Shown: positions 1 to 12,100 of the stretch, piece by piece | Layout: each line of letters opens with the position of its first letter | Numbering within the stretch: position 1 is the stretch's first letter | Assembly (NCBI GenBank): GCA_001179505.1 | Contig: CDMY01000408.1 | Coordinates: 21,253-85,252, forward strand | Length of the DNA: 64,000 bases | Reading direction: 5' to 3' | Source of the DNA: Vitrella brassicaformis CCMP3155 | Taxonomy: Eukaryota > Protista > Chromerida | The notes under the pieces: model-generated | Seen by the model: the letters and a program-made list of their open reading frames with translations, nothing else | What the model was told of the DNA's origin: nothing | Database searches by the model: none | Position numbers and translations under genes: made by a program

Positions 1-1383
1 AGAGAGAGAGATAAGGTGTGTGTGTGTGTGTGCCTGTACGACTCGGCCGTCTTTGGTGCCGACGGCCACGACGCGCTTGCGGGGGTTGTAGGCGATGCAG
101 CACGCTTTGTCGCCTGACGAATAATGGACGCAGCACAGACAGACACGAACCGAACCATGTGTGTGTGTCCGTTATGCATTCAGACATATAGACATACATA
201 CCCGGCAGCCGTGTGCCGGTCTCTCCGTGCAGCGGCAGGAGGAAGTTCTCGTCATCGACGAGGTTCCAGAAGCGCACCAGGCTCTCTTGCGACACCGTGG
301 CCAGCACACCAGTGCCCCCACCGCACCCACCACTACCACTCGCCCACACCCCTACACACACACACACACAACACACATGGGAATGGGATGGACGGGGGAG
401 ATGAGAGGACGGTTCGTTCATGGCCGACCAGTGATGGTCTCGGGGTTGGGTCCACAGGAGAGTTTGGTTTTGGTCTCGTTGACGACGGCGCCCTCGTGGT
501 TGAGGTTGAACTGGATCAGCAGCACGCTGCGCGTCACTATCACCACACGGTCGTCGTCATGCAAATATTCCAACACCGCCAAAGGATGACCCACCTTGTA
601 CCTATCACACGGTCGCACACACGCGCCGCGCCTCCCTGTTGGCCCTCTCTCCCTCCCCCAAGCACCATCTCACCCACCTTTCGGCACACGCATTGGTGTC
701 ATCGGCGTGGTAGAGGACGCCCCCCTCGCCCCCGAAGAAGAATGGCGGTGTGGGGTGGATGTCCCCCGTGTGTGTGTGTGTGCGGAAGACCACGTGTGTC
801 TGGGCGCCGCTCCGGCGATAGTGGCACACGGGGGACGAGTGGCAGCGGCCGTCGATCTTCCACACGTACACCAAACCTGTGTAGTAGTGTAGAACAACCC
901 AATGACACAGCGAAAGATCTCTCTCTCTCTCTCTCTCCCCTCAGCTGCCTTACCGGTGGTGTCAGTGGTGACGAGCCGCGTGCCGGCGGGGTTGAATGCG
1001 ATGCAGCAGATCTCGTCCTTGTGGGCCTCCCTCTCCTCCCGCCAGCCCCCCTCGCCCCCCATGTCCGTCCAGAAGACCAGACACCCGTCCCGCCATCCCC
1101 CCACCAGCAGGTGCCCACCCACCTGGCCTATCGACGGCCGGTGCTTCCTGCTCGACGGCTGCCACGCAAGAGCTGTGCAGTCGGCAGACGGGCGCGTCAG
1201 GGCCACGGGGGCGTTGGATGAGCCTCCTCCGCTGATGAGTGGGTCGCCCTCCTCTCTGTAGATGGCGAGGGAGTGGTCGGTGCAGGCCACGGCCAGCAGG
1301 GGCGGGAGGTCAGGGGCGCGGGACCAGCACGCCGTCACAATGGGTGCGCTCGTGGGCACTCGGAAATCAAAATACGTCGACAT
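1..1383 (-). CDS. IFT140: Intraflagellar transport protein 140 (IFT-A WD40 protein), 5' part; multi-exon, continues off the window start
   Basis: Start MSTYFDFRVP, then LLVGGWRDGCLVFW, HKDEICCIAFNPAGTRLVTTD, VWKIDGR, FFFGGEGGVLYHADD, VLEYLHDDDRVVIVT, VLATVSQESLVRFWNLVDDENFLL, CCIAYNPRKRVVAVGTKDG. These follow the IFT140 N-terminal propeller segments in the expected order (recalled similarity). Confidence 0.85.
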
Positions 1384-2474
1384 TGCGAAGTGTGCCGCAG
1401 TTCAAAGCTACTCAGTCAGCGCTGCTATACTACATGCAGCCGCCGGGCAAGACACCCACACCGCGGCCTGGCCTGATCTCGCCAAGCCTGAAAGACAAGC
1501 TTGATGCGCACTCACTCGATCCATTTTTCTGTGTGTTCATCGTGCAATCGTGTGAGTCATACCGTGAGAAGGAAGGCTCCGTGGCCAGATCTCTTTGGGG
1601 AACACTGTTCTCACAAGCTCGCACGATCGTTCACATCTAACATCGGGCATGAGTGATACCTCCAGTGACCAAAATCATGTAGGTGCAACAAAACTCAGTG
1701 GGTGCAGTGCGAGAGGGGTTTTGTTGCAGTGCGTTGCAATAGGGAGGTCCGAAGTACCCGTCCGAAGCTTCGACCTCGGTCCGTAAATGCACATGGCTCC
1801 ACTTGACAGGGCACGGGTCGATGAGCATCACACATATGTCGATGAAGAGCTCCGCGCACACGGCCACAGGGTGCGTGAGACGACCACACACCCCGCAGAC
1901 ATGTACCACGGGCTCCACATCGACATTTGTGTTTCACCGTACGCCCGACAGGATTCGTCAGCATCACACACACACACACTTTCCCCCCCGGCAACGCAGT
2001 ACACACGATGTGTGTATGTGTGTGTGCCCACCCCCGTACAGTACATGGTGTACTTTGTACCCTGTACCCCTACCACACAACATAACATAGACAGACTGAC
2101 TGACTGATTTACGGGACAGGCACTCCGCCATCGTCAAGGCCGAGAAAATGAATGCCCTCCCACGTACCAATGCGAGAGGACTGACTGTACACCCACCTTC
2201 CCACCCACCACCCATGTCTGCCTGCCCTGCCTGTGGGAGTGGTGTGTGCCTTTCTTGTGCGTGCGTATGTACAGCGACTGGAATTCGAGCCATCCATCCA
2301 TCCCCCATCGATAGTGGGCATCACATCAAAACCGCAAACAAAAAGACAGCACCACAGCACAGCACAGCACACAGCAGCTCACAGACACATCCAGGCAAAC
2401 ACCGGGGCGCGTCACGCCTGTCTGTCGGTCAGTATGAAATGAATCAACCAACGGTCACACAGTGTGTGAGATAT

Positions 2475-5326
2475 TCAGTCCTTGGTCGGCGCCCAGATGG
2501 CCAGGTTGCCGTAAGAAATCGACGCGAGAATGTCTGAAGGAACCCGCCGGCAGCCATGCCACCGAGGAACGCACTCCTTTGCTGCATGGCCCGGTCATGC
2601 ATGCGTCCCACCCATTGTTTCTCACCGTAGTTGGAGTGGATGGCTGCGAACGATGAAATGGTGATGGCATCGTCCTCGAGAGTCTGAGAAGGCAACAATA
2701 TATCGACACAGACACGAGTGGCGACATTCAAGCGGATTCTCTCTTGGTGTCGATGCATGTTTCCACTGCTGACCGACCGACCGCTTTGTGTCCGCCAGGG
2801 TGTGCGAATGACGTCACGAAGACCTCCACCTTACGATCCAGAGAGCCGCTCTGCAACAACAGAGATAAAGAGAAATGCAAATTCCGCTGCCAAGAGTGCG
2901 TATTGCTTACCGTGAAGACGCCCGGAATCCTCGGGTGCCACTTCGGCTGCATGTGTCCACACACACACAGACACACACACACACAGAGATGCGGCCGCCC
3001 GTCTTCTCCTTGTGTTGACACATCTGGGTTGCAGCTTAGCTTACGTCGAAGTCAGTGATCCACAGGCCGGTGTTGTTGTTGTGAGCTATGCTGCAGATAG
3101 CAAAATGGCAACGCACGTACACACATACACACACGCAGAAAGGCCTCTACCTCCTTGCTCTCCCCTCTCACCATGCACAGCCCGGGATTTTGGCCTTCTT
3201 GTCGAAGAAGTGGAATGAGTTGCCATGCGTCCGCAGATACGCAGACGGCTTCTCCTTCCCCTCCACTGCACACACACAACGCAATAAACACGCCAAGACA
3301 AAGGGGCGATCCACACCTAGGCCTAGCCGCCGCCCATCTCTCTCTTTCTCTCCGGCCGCGTGCGTACGTACCTCTCCAGTTGTGGGGCATCTGGGGTACG
3401 CCGTGTATGTTGTGGATGACCCCATACAGGCTGTCCAGGGTGCTGATGAGCAGCGAACGGCCGTCGGGCGAAAAGGACGACGTCTGCACACACACCACAC
3501 AACACAACACAACACAACACGACACGGACAAGCATGGACACATGCTAGGTGCGGTGCATTCATTCATTCATTCATTCATTCGTCCGCTGCGCTGCGTTGT
3601 GTGGTCACCCACCTTGACGGCTCGCACAGGACCGAGGCTCCACACGGGGTCTCTAACCCTCCTGAGATCCCATATGTGCACCAGACCATCGTTGCCACCT
3701 AAACACACACACACACACACGCCGCTGTCTTCACGGATGCGCCCACATGTGTCTGTGTCTGGTGTGTGGTGTGGTGTATGTCACCTGAGGCGAGTATGTG
3801 TGCGTCCCTTGGGTTGAAGGAGAGGCTGCCGACCTTCTTGACGTGCAGCCGGTGGCGCGTTTTGCTCTTGCTACGCAGATCGGCCACATACACCTCGCCG
3901 CGGTCATTGCCAAAGGCTAGAGTGGTGGGAGAGGCCACTGCACACAAACAACAGAGGAGGAAGCAGCCAAGGGGTCTTGTCTCGGTCACACACACCGTTG
4001 TTGCTATTCTTTCTTCTTGTGTGTACCGACCGTCAAGAGCCGTGACCTTAGGCAGTTCTGCCCCATGGCTCTGCAGGATGGTCTTGTTGCTGCCCACACG
4101 ACGCCCAGGACCGAAACCATTGCTGCACAACAACTGCACATACACACACACACACACACTGTGCTGTCTGTCTGTCTGTTGACTAACGGAACTGACCGCC
4201 AGGTCGGTGACACAGACGGTGCCGTCGTACGATGCCGTCGCCACCTTGGTGCTCGTGCCGTCCGAACACTCAGGCACCTCACACTGAAGGCAGCACACAC
4301 AAAACACACACATACACGCAGTCAGGGTGGGGTGGCGAGGATGATTGAGGGGTTCGTTGCTGACTGCCTGACCACTTTTGCTATGTGGGCTTCGTGAAGG
4401 TTCTCCTCGATGTAGTTGTCCCTGCGCAGCAGATGGTACACCGACAGGGCGCCACCCTTGTTGCCTGCACGCACCATAAATGGATGGATGGATGGAGGAC
4501 AGGAGACGGCTGTCTGTCTGTGTGTGCTGTTTTGGGTACCGGCCAGCAGGAGGGGCTCCCTGCTGCACATGCCGAACGAGAAGACCTTATCACCGTCCGG
4601 AGAAATCCGCTCTGAACACACCAACAGACATGTCTTGCCTCTCCCCCGCCGCTGTGCATGGACGGACGTACCTGGTGCATCGGTCAGCTGCATCCGCTTG
4701 ATCGTCTCCTCAAACCGCCTCAGCTCTACGTCACGCCGCAGGCTCTCGATATCGACCATGTCCCTCTCCCGGGCCCGCACACGGTGGTACAGCGACACCA
4801 CACCCCCTCCACCATGTGCCTGTCCGCCCTCCCTACCCTTCCTCTGCTGGTGGTGGTGGTGCGGGTGCGCCCGCGCTGTGCCAATCCCGCCGGCCGCCAC
4901 GGCACTGCCCCTTTCCTCCCGCTTCTTGACCTCCTCCACATCGTGCTGCTTCTTGCGCTCCTCCTCTTTGTGGTCCTCCACCTCCTTCAGACGGTCGCTG
5001 CGGCGCAGGTTGATCCGGATGGAACTCGGAGGAGCCCTCGCCGCATCACTGGACTGCTTGCCACTGATGGATGGCGCTGCAGCAGCTGATGCATCGGCTG
5101 ATGCAGCAGCAGGGGCATCCGATGAGAGGGAGCGCTTCTGACCACGGCGAGAGGGGGGCTGGGCGGCAGGGGGGGCCGCGGGAGCTCCTGTGGCGGTGTC
5201 ACCGAGGCGGGGTGACCGCCGTGAGCCGGCGACAGCCTTGGGAGCTGCCGAACGCGCCCGCTTCTTGTCAGGTTCGTCGGCAGCCGACGCAGCCTGCTCC
5301 TGTCCGGTGCCCCTCTTCGACGGCAT
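2475..5326 (-). CDS. WDR76: WDR76/CMR1 (DDB2-like) DNA-damage-associated WD40 protein, multi-exon
   Basis: Basic low-complexity N-terminus (ORF 4322..5326), then WD40 exons VATASYDGTVCVTDL, LHVKKVGSLSFNPRDAHILASG, SFSPDGRSLL, AHNNNTGLWITDF (cf. the CMR1 HNNxTGRW motif), PKWHPRIPGVF, GSLDRKVEVF. Last exon DILASISYGNLAIWAPTKD* has its stop at 2475-2477. Confidence 0.75.
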
Positions 5327-5938
5327 TATTCCAAGGACTGATGCGATGATAGCATGCCGCTACAAGCTGTTGTCACAAGTTGGACTCCAGCGAAGGTCGA
5401 ATACGGAAAAGTTTCACGCCACTTCTCTAACTCCACTGCGGATCACAAACGCACTTGACACACAGATGCACATTGCCCACTCACAGATGACCAACTGCAT
5501 GTACCCCACCCTCATGCACCCATGGTACATCCACCCACCGCACGGTTCAACATGGAGGCTCCCTGAATTGAATCACCCCCCCTACATACCACCACACACA
5601 TTCCCATCCCCTCAGTCTCTCATTCTCCACTATCAAACCAATCAATCGGCCGGCCACAGAAGCCCCTCAGCACAGCACAGCACAACACAACACAACACGA
5701 GCACGAGAGATAGAGCGAGGTACGAACGCAGCCTCGCTCTCCCATTTGGACGAGTGAAGCGGCCACACGCATCGCATCCACACCAATCAGTCCACACAAC
5801 ACGGCTTCGCACACAACCGCCATCGGACAAACAAACACACACACAAACACACACACACGACTTGACAAAAGAGGCGCTCTGCCTACACTCCACAAACAAA
5901 CAACCAGACTGAGTCACGACGTGACATGATTGCTCTCA

Positions 5939-6883
5939 TCAGACGATGGACACAGGCCTGCCTACGGTGCGCTGCTGCACTCGTGCGGTCGGCAGGAGTG
6001 ACCAAACGAGATTTCGCTCCCACCGCCAGGAAATCAGGCGAGCCACCCCGAAGAGCAAGAAGAGTACCAGGTATACCCAGAAGAGCACCATCTGCCCCCC
6101 CAGGGCAAGCACACAAAGGAAGGGCACACAGACACCCCACATTGCCTCGCGATACACGATGCTCCACGTCACGGCCAGTGCAATGGTATTCTCCACCCCC
6201 GATATGGCATAGATCCCAACACACCGAGTGACCAGCGCGAAAATCACGAAGCCCACGCCGACTGCGCCGAATCCGATGGCCACACACAGCCCGGGGTCCA
6301 TCTCGTACTCGTCGGCAAACTCCAGCGTGGCGCGGGTGAAGTCCTGGATGAGAGCGATGAAGTAGATGGGAAGGCTGAACAGAATCAACTGCAGGGTGTG
6401 CGTCGCCAGCTGGTGCTTGGACTTGCGGTGAGGGAAGGTGGCGCCACCCAGAGGCGCCAGGACAGCCATTCTTTTGGAGAAGGACCACCAGCATGACGCC
6501 AGGACACCCACAGCCACGACAGGGAGGGCGAACCACAGCCATGCCAGGGAGGCGGGAATCAGATGGAAGAGCACCGGGAGGAAGAACCACAGCTGATGGG
6601 TCAGGATGAGCTGATAAAAGTCAATGCTCCCGAACTAAAGACAGACACACAGACAAACAGACAAACAGACAGACAGACAGACAGAGGCAACCAACCGACC
6701 ACGGTCAGAGATGGCGATGGAACGTCCTCTCTCGGGAGATCTCACCCTGCGAATCTCCGGCGGCTGGCTGACATCACTGTTGGCTTCGCCGGAATCGCCA
6801 GGCGTGACGAGAGGAGCGTACGCGAGACCACCATTGTCGGTGCTGGGCGCTTCCCCGTCGTGCAGCTGGACGGCGTCTGGCAT
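5939..6883 (-). CDS. Hypothetical multi-pass membrane protein (2 exons)
   Basis: Exon 1 MPDAVQLH...PEIRR|gtgag joins in frame to ttag|FGSIDFYQLILTHQLWFFLPVLFHL...; ORF 5939..6574 has about 5-6 hydrophobic segments; no family recognised. Confidence 0.6.
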
Positions 6884-7032
6884 CTCAATAACCGTAACTC
6901 AGGAAGGCTCAAGGAAGGATCAGTACGACAGAATCATACACCCGGGACCTCGCTTCCTCCCCTCTCTCGTGGAAATCCGAAACCCTAGCAAACCCTTGCA
7001 CCCAAACCCGGAGCGAAGTGTTAGAGTTCGAG

Positions 7033-8342
7033 ATGGAGACTGCGCCAATGGAGACTGAGCAGCGGCTGGTTAAGCTGTCATCGTCGCAGGGCGATGTGTT
7101 CGAGGTGGAGTTCGGCACAGCCTGCTACGCCGACGTGGTCAAACAAATGATAGATTTCACTTCTGGTAGGGCACACAGGCAGAGCAGAGCAGAGCAGCCG
7201 AACCAAGCCTGCCTCCCGCGCTGCCTGCCTGCCTGGTTGTGCATCCGTCGCTGCATATCATTGTTCATTCAGAAAGCAGCGATGCGGAGACCATCCCCCT
7301 CAACCTTAAGACGACTGTGTTGGAGAAGGTGTTGCAGTACTGCGACTACCACAGAGACAACGAACCCAAGGAGATTCCCAAACCGCTGCCCACCACCAAC
7401 CTGGGGGAGGTCCGTCAACTCTCCCATTGCCAGTGGCTGGCGACAGGAGATGCGTACATGGCTCTGTGCTCTGTGTGTGTGTGTGTGCAGATCGTAGGAG
7501 ACTGGGATGCGGCCTTCATCAATGTTGACGACGAGAACATGCTGTATGAGCTCATACTGGTAAGTGGCGATCAGTGGGGGTGTGCAAATAGCAACGCTTC
7601 CACGCTGCTGGTATGTGGTGTGGTGTCGTGTGTTGCGTGTGTTGCGTGTGTTGTGTGTGTGTGTCAGGCGGCCAACTACCTGGACATCAAGCCTCTGCTC
7701 GACCTGGCGTGTGCCAAGGCCGCCTGCGCCATCAAGGTCCGCCCATCCATAGCTTCGTGCTGTCTGTCTGTATCTGCGCTGTGTGTGTGTGTGTGTCCGA
7801 ACGCATCATCACTCACTCAGCACATGACGCCCGACGCGATTCGCGAGCACTTCAACCTGCAGCCCGAACAGATGACGCCCGAGGAAGAGCAGGAGGTCAA
7901 GTNNNNNNNNNNNNNNNNNNNNNNNNNNNNNNNNNNNNNNNNNNNNNNNNNNNNNNNNNNNNNNNNNNNNNNNNNNNNNNNNNNNNNNNNNNNNNNNNNN
8001 NNNNNNNNNNNNNNNNNNNNNNNNNNNNNNNNNNNNNNNNNNNNNNNNNNNNNNNNNNNNNNNNNNNNNNNNNNNNNNNNNNNNNNNNNNNNNNNNNNNN
8101 NNNNNNNNNNNNNNNNNNNNNNNNNNNNNNNNNNNNNNNNNNNNNNNNNNNNNNNNNNNNNNNNNNNNNNNNNNNNNNNNNNNNNNNNNNNNNNNNNNNN
8201 NNCCCCCCCCCCCCCCCCCGCCCCTCTCAGCATACCACACCGATGCCACACCGACCGTCGCGGGGCGACATGTGTCTTGTCTTGTGTTGTGTGTCAGATG
8301 TTGGAGGAGCTCAAGTGGTGCACAGACGGGGGGGCCGCATAG
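7033..8342 (+). CDS. SKP1: SKP1-family protein (SCF ubiquitin ligase adaptor), about 6-7 exons; one intron spans a gap
   Basis: VKLSSSQGDVFEV, ETIPLNLKTTVLEKVLQYCDYH, KEIPKPL, WDAAFIN, ELILAANYLDIKPLLDLACAK, TPDAIREHFN, TPEEEQE|MLEELKWC. Confidence 0.93.
7903..8202. other. Assembly gap (300 N); identical 300-N gaps at 10936-11235, 26370-26669, 34316-34615 and 43760-44059
   Basis: Counted directly; every gap is exactly 300 nt, which indicates a placeholder size. Confidence 0.98.
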
Positions 8343-9116
8343 GAGCAAGCTACCAGCCGACCAAGGAGGGAGGGAGGGAACGACACACAGGTGCGTGGGT
8401 GTGTGTGAGGGACGTGTGTCGGTCGACCCATTAGCTAACTGGCCAAGGGGGCGGTGATACACATGGCATACGGGGGCTTCGCTTCCATCCCATCACCGTA
8501 TTGATGTGTGCGCCGCCTCGTATCTCCGTGGCTGGCTGGCTGGCTTCTACGGCTTGAGTGGTGTACTTGTACGTACTGTGCTGTTTATGTGTACAGACAG
8601 AGAATGAGGGCGGTGTCTGTCTTGATCCGACCGAGGGAGGGGAGCAATCATGCGTGTCTTCGTAGTGTCCTTGTCGTGACGGTGCTCAGCCTGATGAATC
8701 AGTGCATCAGATTGAGGGCCGTGACGGCAGGGATGTGGCGAAAAGATATCCATGATACTGCTTCTTGACATCTTCCTGATCGGTGTTGACACGACTTCTC
8801 TCCCCGTGGGTGTGTGTGTGTGAGCCGTCCTGTTGTTGCCGTCGTGAGATCATCACGGCGACAAAAAGCGGCCGATGTTTCTCTGGGTCACCATGGCTGA
8901 TGTGACGAGACATCTGTGTGCGTGTGTGACCACGTGAATGAGCGTATTGTGATGTGTTGAGCACCGAAAGAGGTGGAGAATGTTCTGTACACACAACACA
9001 GGAGGCAGTCACGATACCGTCACCGATCACACAGGCAATCAATGCACATGTGTCAGTCAACCCCCCCCCCGCGCGCACACACGCACACATGGAAGCAAAG
9101 CTATGAATCCGTACAA

Positions 9117-12100
9117 TCAATTGACCAGTCCCCCCGTCTGCGCCAACCCACGTACCCCACCCCACCCATACGCCGGATAGGATACCTGTCTGCAAAACCC
9201 ATCTACGCCTAACCAGACAGAGGGAAAGATGTACTCGCCCATGAATGGAATGCAGCCCCCCCCCCCCTTCAGACACATGCTGGTCTGCCGAGCCCCTGGC
9301 CCATCCTCACTCACAAAGGGCCTTGCTGCTGCTGCTGCTGCTGGAAGGGGGGGCTATATCGGCCCAGCTGATGGACCGGGTGCATCGCCAGCGGCCCGCC
9401 CCCACGAGACGGCGGCATGTGCAGACTCTCCATGCCAGGACTCCCCAGAAATGACGGCGGGGCCGCTATGGCATTGCCCTCCTGCTGCTGCTGCTGCTGG
9501 ATCGGCATCTGCATCTGCATCGTGTTTGCGGGTGCGTTCTGGAGGGCGAGGGCGGCCTGGTGTGCCTGGGGGGAGCTGAGGAGGCGGTCCTCGTTGCCCT
9601 GTGTGAGTGACTGGGCGACGTGTCGCTCGAAGACGGCGACTTGCTGTGAGAGTATGTCGCAGTATGACTGGTGGTCGCGGTGCTGCTGCTCCAGCTGCTG
9701 CTGCTTCAACTGCAGCTGCTGGTGCGCCGCATCCAAACGCTCACGTGTCAGCTGCAGGGACAACAAAGGAACGATACATGCGGGGAGGGATTCGTGTTGC
9801 GACGATGTGTGTGTGAGTGTGTGTGTACATGCCTGCAAGTCGTCTTTGACGAGCTCGAGTTGGTGTTTGTAGTGCATCTTCTCGCGCCTCTCGGCTTGCA
9901 GGGCCTCCTCGGCCTCGTGGTCCAACTTGTACTGAAGCCGACGGATCGCCTGGTTGATTCAACACACATCCACACCACACACACAGACAGATGAGCAACA
10001 CCGATGGCTGCCGTTGGGGAATGGCTCCTCTCATCTCACCTGCTGTGCGTCGCTGTGCAGCTCTGACGCCAGTTTGTCCTCCAGCTCTACTCGCGCCTTG
10101 TCGGCCTCTCGCAGCCGCTGCTGCAGCAAACCACACCGGCTCTTCCAATCGTCAACCTGAATGTGCGTATGGGGACAGACGGATGGCCAGACAGACATGA
10201 ATGCGATGGATGGATGGATGGCCCAGTTGATTGCCCCCACACCAACCCACCTGCAGCTCAAGTGCCCTGAGGACGTCTGCATCAGCCTCGCGGCCACGGC
10301 TGGTCAGAGAGCCACCTGTGGACACATGTGACACACAAGCAATGAAACGGCAATGACAGAGAGACAGATACAGTTCATCTCTCACTCACTTTTGGGGTCA
10401 GTCTCGCTGGTTTTGGTCTTTCGCGCGATGGCGGCCTCCTTTGCGACAGTGAGCTCCTTGGTGATGCGGTCGACCTCCCTCTTGAGGGCCTCGTTCTCCT
10501 CGACCAGCTCACAGCTCCGCTGAAGCGCCTCAGACGGATCGACATACTAAACACACACACACACACACACACGTACAGATGACGCCATCTGTGGCGGGAT
10601 GGATGGCCACTTGCTCACTCACCAGCATAGCCTCTTTGAAGGCCTCGAAGTCTACTCGGGCGCCGGCGCCGCCCCCCTGGCTGTCGCTGGGATATGCTGC
10701 CGCCTGGTGGACGGCCGGCGGCTGTGTGAAGTCGACAAGGAACTGCCACATGGCGGCCATCTCGCCCGCCGTCCACCCCACCTTGCGCAGCACAAAGTAC
10801 TTCTCGAAGTCGCGCCGCTCGATAAAGCCGTCCTGGTTGGAATCAATGTCCCAGAAGACGTCCTCGATGACCGCGTCGCGGCTGCCCTTGACGCTGGCGA
10901 GTGCCGGTTTGATGACCCGCCTTTGGTCCCGGTCCNNNNNNNNNNNNNNNNNNNNNNNNNNNNNNNNNNNNNNNNNNNNNNNNNNNNNNNNNNNNNNNNN
11001 NNNNNNNNNNNNNNNNNNNNNNNNNNNNNNNNNNNNNNNNNNNNNNNNNNNNNNNNNNNNNNNNNNNNNNNNNNNNNNNNNNNNNNNNNNNNNNNNNNNN
11101 NNNNNNNNNNNNNNNNNNNNNNNNNNNNNNNNNNNNNNNNNNNNNNNNNNNNNNNNNNNNNNNNNNNNNNNNNNNNNNNNNNNNNNNNNNNNNNNNNNNN
11201 NNNNNNNNNNNNNNNNNNNNNNNNNNNNNNNNNNNGGCTCCCCACAGCGCGCCATAGGGGGTCGAGAGGAAGTGCCGCACGATACGCGGCAGGGCGCTGA
11301 GGGCCTCTTGGTCGACGGATGCTGGCACTGGGGAGGGGATGGCACGTGTGGCGGCGGTGTTGGCCTCGTTGTCAGCCGGTGGCAGGTGGGTATGCGTGTG
11401 GGTGTACTGCTGCAGGTGCTGCATCCGCTGGATCTGGCTGCCCATCATCTCGATCTGCCGCGCCATGGTCTCCCTCTCGGCCAGTGCCGCCTTGAGCTGC
11501 CGCTGGAGCTCTCCCTCCCTCTCCCTCGCGCCCTCATCAACCACCGCCATCCGCTGCTCCTGGCCCATCTGTGGGCCGCCCACGACGGGAGGGGCCTTGC
11601 GAAGCTGACGTGGCACGGAAGTGGCCGCCTTGAGCTGCCGACGCAGATGGGCAATCTCGGCCTCATACTGCCGCTCCCGCAAGGTGACTACCGGGGTGTC
11701 CGGCCGGTCTGGTGAGGGCTTCTCGTCATTCGGCTGCGGGTGCTCGTGATGGTGGAGTCTCCTCTGCAGCTCGGCGACGATGGTGTCGTGCTGGGCGCGG
11801 AGAGTGCCGAGTGAGGCCTCGTAGTGCTCCTGGCGCGCATGCAGCTGTTCGTGCAGGTCTTTGACTTGTGCCTCGAGGTCCTTGACCTGTCGCGCCTCCT
11901 CGGGTGGTGTCTGGCATGAGGCCATCATGGCCGTGAGGGAGTCGGGGTGCTTCTTCTTCAATGCGTCACTCAACTCGGACACCTACGCGCAACACGGAGA
12001 CACACATGGGAAGTGGCTGGTGGAGTTCAGTGGTTCGTGTGTGCATGCCTCTCTGTCTGTCTGTGTGTGTGTGCGTGTGTGTGTGTACTTGTTTGCGTAG

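Noticed and set aside
1595-2372. Short ORFs on both strands between IFT140 and WDR76
   Set aside because: I could not build a consistent spliced frame or recognise a motif; a small gene cannot be excluded.
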